DNA of 64,000 nt from Diadema antillarum (lineage: Eukaryota): the NCBI RefSeq assembly GCF_040938485.1, contig NW_027272920.1:1-64000 (forward strand), in the 5' to 3' direction. The translations under genes were made by a program, and so were the position numbers. The notes beneath the pieces were generated by a model, which had not been told where the DNA came from, made no database searches, and was given only the letters and a program-made list of their open reading frames with translations. Each line of letters opens with the position of its first letter. Position 1 is the first letter of the stretch. Shown in pieces: positions 59,970 through 64,000 of the stretch.

Positions 59970-61148
59970 GTTCCGTACGTATTCGTATCAAATGGACGTT
60001 TTTAAAACGTACATACAACGTCAAAGTTGGGACTTAGCATTGACCGCAAAGCACAGATTTTTTTTTGAAAACGTTTGAAAAACGTCAATGGACGTTACAA
60101 AACGTTTTTGTTATGATTGTCTGTTACGTCTTCGTCCTTTATAAACGTCCACAAAACGTTTTTATTAGGTCTGCTACGTCGACTTCGTCTTTAATGAACG
60201 TTTAAAAAACGTTTTTATTTGGTCCGCTACATGTTTGTCATTGGTTTCATTATCATAAATATTCATGCCTATTTATGAATATTCAAATAAGAAAATATAA
60301 GATTTGAAAACTATAGTTGAAAAAGATGAAAGACAGTGAAATATAAAGATTTATGCTGGGTTCAAACTTTCTGTGTTAGAAATAAAATTACCTACATTAT
60401 TGTTCAGTTATGTACAATTTCAAATTGTGTTATGAAGAGGTATTTTCATAACAATACATAATTGTTAATAGGCCTAATTAAGGTGTGTGTGATCTAATTT
60501 TAGTAACCATGTCTTCATGCATTACAACATTTTGCTGGTATATAAAAGAATGTGATACAGATTCATCAATAATTGGGACTATAGGATGTAGTATAGGCAT
60601 CTAGGTGGTAGGACATTAGGAACAGGTTAGAATAGGATATACTACTAGAATTAGGATTAGGGTACATTAATCCCAGATTGTGCATGTATAATCTCATAAC
60701 TTTTTTTTAATACCCAATAAAAAATAAACATTAGACGCTCTTAAAAGGTTTTCTGGACGTTCTAGACGGATATGAAAGGTTCTCTTCACGTTCTGGAACG
60801 GGTCATAAGACTTTTTAGACGTTCTTAAAACATTTTTTGAACGTTCTAGACTTTTTTCACAGGTTTTCTGGATGTCCGCAGAACGTCCACAGAACGTTGT
60901 GAATATTCTTAAAAGGTTTTACTGACGTCTATAACGTCCAAAAGGTTTTCTGCAGCTCCTTTAAAATTCCGAAAGGGTTTTTATCGGTTTTTTAAACGTT
61001 TAAAAAACGTTTTTATAACGTCCATTTGAAACGTTTTAAATACGTCGAAAACCTTCCACAAAGAGACGTTCTGAAAACGTTTTGACAAAACGTCCAAATA
61101 ACGAACTTCGAACGTTTCAAGAACGTCTAGAAAACGTCCAATTAGCAG
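59883..61148. mobile_element. Degenerate non-autonomous DNA transposon with AAAACGTT-rich subterminal arrays
   Basis: Left CCCATGCAGCAAACACATAACGTTTT, right AACGTCCAATTAGCAGGG; ACGTT-rich blocks at both ends. Boundaries approximate. Confidence 0.55.
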
Positions 61149-62070
61149 GGCTGTTGTGGGACTAAAGATCATTGTGGTCATTTTGTCTATTGTGTGTGGT
61201 AGTGCCCGTTGGGGCGCTGTCCTTTTTTTAGTGTAGGTGTCATAAATTTTTATGTTTAAATTGTTGTTGTGTTAATTGTTTGGATGCACTGCCGAATGGA
61301 CATTGTAATTTCATTTTTTTCTCAATAAAAAAGATAAAAACCCAGGAATACACGAACACAGAAGAATGCAGAAGCATTAAACATAATTAAATGCATATAA
61401 GCATGCGGGGTTGTGTATACTTCTTTGCTTGTTTTAAAGGAAACTTTCGCCCATTTCTGGCCCCATCCTCACCCCATCACCCATTCTCAAAAAAACAACA
61501 ACAACAATAGAATATGTAACATATTCTAAATTGATTACAATAAGTAGGAAATTGATCATCTGAAAATGAAATTGAACGCCCCCAAAAAAGCTCATCGGGA
61601 CTATCGCGTGAATTTGAATGCACGAGTATAGGAAATGCAGTGCTTTTTTATTTATTTATATATTTATTTATATGTTTTATTTTCACAGGGTGGCTCCGTC
61701 AGTGGATTAAACACTGTTGTTCTTGGAGGCCCTGCGTGAACACATACATACAAATAAACACATAACAATAATACAATACCAACATCAAATTTGCAGTATC
61801 AAATCTGTATATAACTTAACATAGTGTATTAAACTCAAAATATAACAACAACTAAAATTATCACTGAAGGTGATTAATACCCCGGCCCCTATTAAATGTT
61901 GCTTTATAATATGTGATGTCATGAGGGCAATGACGTTAATACCAAATTTGTGCACTTATAAAAATTACAAACAAAATTATTTTAATTTACTGTACAATTA
62001 CAGATTTAACACTGAGTATAAGACTTACAGCAAATGGAAACATGCTTTCCCCCAGCATCACTACACTTAA

Positions 62071-62643
62071 AGGACAAGTTCACCTTCATAAACATAAGGC
62101 TTGAGAAAATGCAACAATATTAGTAGAACACATTAGTGAAAGTTTGAGGAAAATTGGACAATTGATGCAAAAGTTATGAATTTTTTAAATTTTTGTGTTG
62201 GAACCGCTGGATGAGGAGACTTCTACAGCTTGTGAGTCATATGCGTACAACAGTATACATAAAGAAAATGTAAAAGAAAATTCAACATATTTTCACTTTT
62301 TTCGCATAATAAAAGAGCACTTGACTTGCCTCTTTCTAAAGGCAGGGGGAATAATATTACCCGTAACATTTGTCCGTAAGGAGTCAGGGGAATGTGTACT
62401 TTTTTCAAAAGATGGAATTTTGTGAAATTCTCTTTATATTTTCCTTATATTGTTGTACGCATGTGACATCTAAGTTATTCATACACTGCAGTAGTCTTCT
62501 CATCCAGCGGGTACTGCACAAAAACTTCAAAAATTCATAACTTTTGAACGGATTGTCTGATTTTCCTCAAACTTTCAATGATATGTTCTACTAATATTGC
62601 TTCATTCTCTCAATCCTTATGTTTGTGAAGGTGAACTTGTCCT
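62071..62643. mobile_element. Kolobok-like MITE, 573 bp, TTAA target duplication
   Basis: TTAA|AGGACAAGTTCACCTTCATAAACATAAGG ... CCTTATGTTTGTGAAGGTGAACTTGTCCT|TTAA; purine-purine termini. Confidence 0.85.
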
Positions 62644-63120
62644 TTAAAAACCATCATACACACCAAATTTAACCTTCATAACTTGAATGGCTTATTCTGA
62701 TACAAAAATGAGTGGTTACCATGGCAACACATATTCCTCGCATTACATTGGAAAATGCATGAATTTGGTTTGACGGGAACGAATAATATGGTATAGAGCT
62801 CCATTAAATTAATGAAATTGATCGCTCGGATTCTGAATTTGAATAATGCCCAAACATTTTCGCATTGAGAGGTTTAGTTATACGAGCGACGGGGACTGCG
62901 AAGTACCTGCGTGGGAGTTGCCTGCGAGGTACTGCCGCTAAGGGCCTCCTACTAGTGTTCTGCGTGTACCCCTGCGGGCAAGCCCCCGCGACGGGCCCGG
63001 AACAAGTTTTTATCATGCTCAATGTCTTGTCACACCGTGTCTGGGGAAGCCTTGCGGCTTTTCTTGTGCTTGTGCCTTTCTTGTGCTATTCATACCCGGA
63101 GCTCCCCTATACGAGGCCTT

Positions 63121-63650
63121 CGTATCTCGCCCATAGTTGCCCAGAAGTGCGCACGCAAGTCCGATTTACCCGCAGCCAAGTTTTGAGCATGACCAAAACT
63201 TTTCTGGGTTAGTCGCGGGATTGCCCGCAGAGGTCCACGCAGAACAAGCAGTAAAGGCGGCAGTAACTGACCCTCAGCATGCACACAATTTGCTCGTAGA
63301 TAGCTCGCTCTTCGCCCGCTCTAACAATGGACTGCAATGACCAGCTATACAGGGATATTGGCAGTTTCGTCACCGTTCCTTGCCAGTTAAACACCCGGTT
63401 ATGCTCGTAGAATGCCCGCAGATGACACGCGCTTCCAGCGCATAGGCCTAGGCATAGATCCACGGTTAACTTACGTACTTCAAGCGGGTCAACATGCCTG
63501 TGACTTGTGGCAGCTACGGGCATCCTACCGGTGTTCTGTGTGCAGTGGACTTTTGCGGGCAAATCCCGCGATTCAGCTTGGGAAAAAAAAGTTTTGGTAA
63601 TAAATCGGACTTGCGTGCTCACCTCCGGGCAACTATACGGGCGAGATACG
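63121..63650. mobile_element. GC-rich inverted-repeat element, about 125-bp arms
   Basis: 63121-63245 is the diverged reverse complement of 63531-63650. Confidence 0.65.
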
Positions 63651-63699
63651 TGCTAGGTACTGTCAAGTGCGGGCCAACTGCGGGTAATTCTGACGCGTT

Positions 63700-63761
63700 G
63701 TGACATTTGTGGGTAATTCTGGGATCAACCTTCATCCACCCACCAAGTTTCATCCCAATGA

Positions 63762-63792
<31 letters not shown>

Positions 63793-63830
63793 AAGAAACG
63801 TTGATCAAATTCTGATTCGCTCCTTTTTTC
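63700..63830 (+). mobile_element. HINE-like fragment with (ACAG)n microsatellite
   Basis: CACCAAGTTTCATCC core followed by ACAG repeats. Confidence 0.4.
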
Positions 63831-64000
63831 ATTATCATAATGCAAGCAACGAGTTTTGACATTTACAGTAAAAATGGACATTTTGACATTTGTGGTTGAC
63901 GTGTTATGACATTTGTTGTCACGGACGTTTTGACACGTGGTAATTTTTACATTATTTTGTGGTTGACGTGTTTATATGACATTATTTTTTGGTATAATTT

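Noticed and set aside
62804-63703. Cluster of 60-137 aa ORFs on both strands as a transposase or small gene
   Set aside because: No catalytic motifs; ORF density is explained by high GC and inverted repeats.

Overview
Animal genomic DNA, AT-rich and intron-rich; the repeat families suggest a marine invertebrate, probably an echinoderm (inference). Two complete multi-exon genes lie on the minus strand. (1) A nucleobindin (NUCB1/2 family), CDS 20092 to 350, about 485-490 aa, with a signal peptide, a nesfatin-like N-terminus, two EF-hands and a Q-rich tail. It carries two homologous copies of coding exon 4 (16674-16780/16786 and 13555-13655), and reading-frame logic says only one can be used at a time. 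(2) DNA polymerase delta catalytic subunit POLD1, 21 coding exons, 52469 to 33329, 1102 aa, with all catalytic motifs intact but unusual substitutions in two normally conserved motifs. Exon boundaries were derived by hand from GT/AG sites and phase continuity. Introns and intergenic DNA hold many non-autonomous DNA transposons (piggyBac-, pogo-, Kolobok-like, Helentron-associated), two nested insertions, a near-perfect 755-bp palindrome, and a 759-bp element with a 9-bp target duplication that has a symmetric CCAAT promoter-like dyad at its centre, just upstream of the POLD1 start exon. No rRNA, tRNA or CRISPR features were seen. Family assignments and human/yeast comparisons are from memory, not from database searches.
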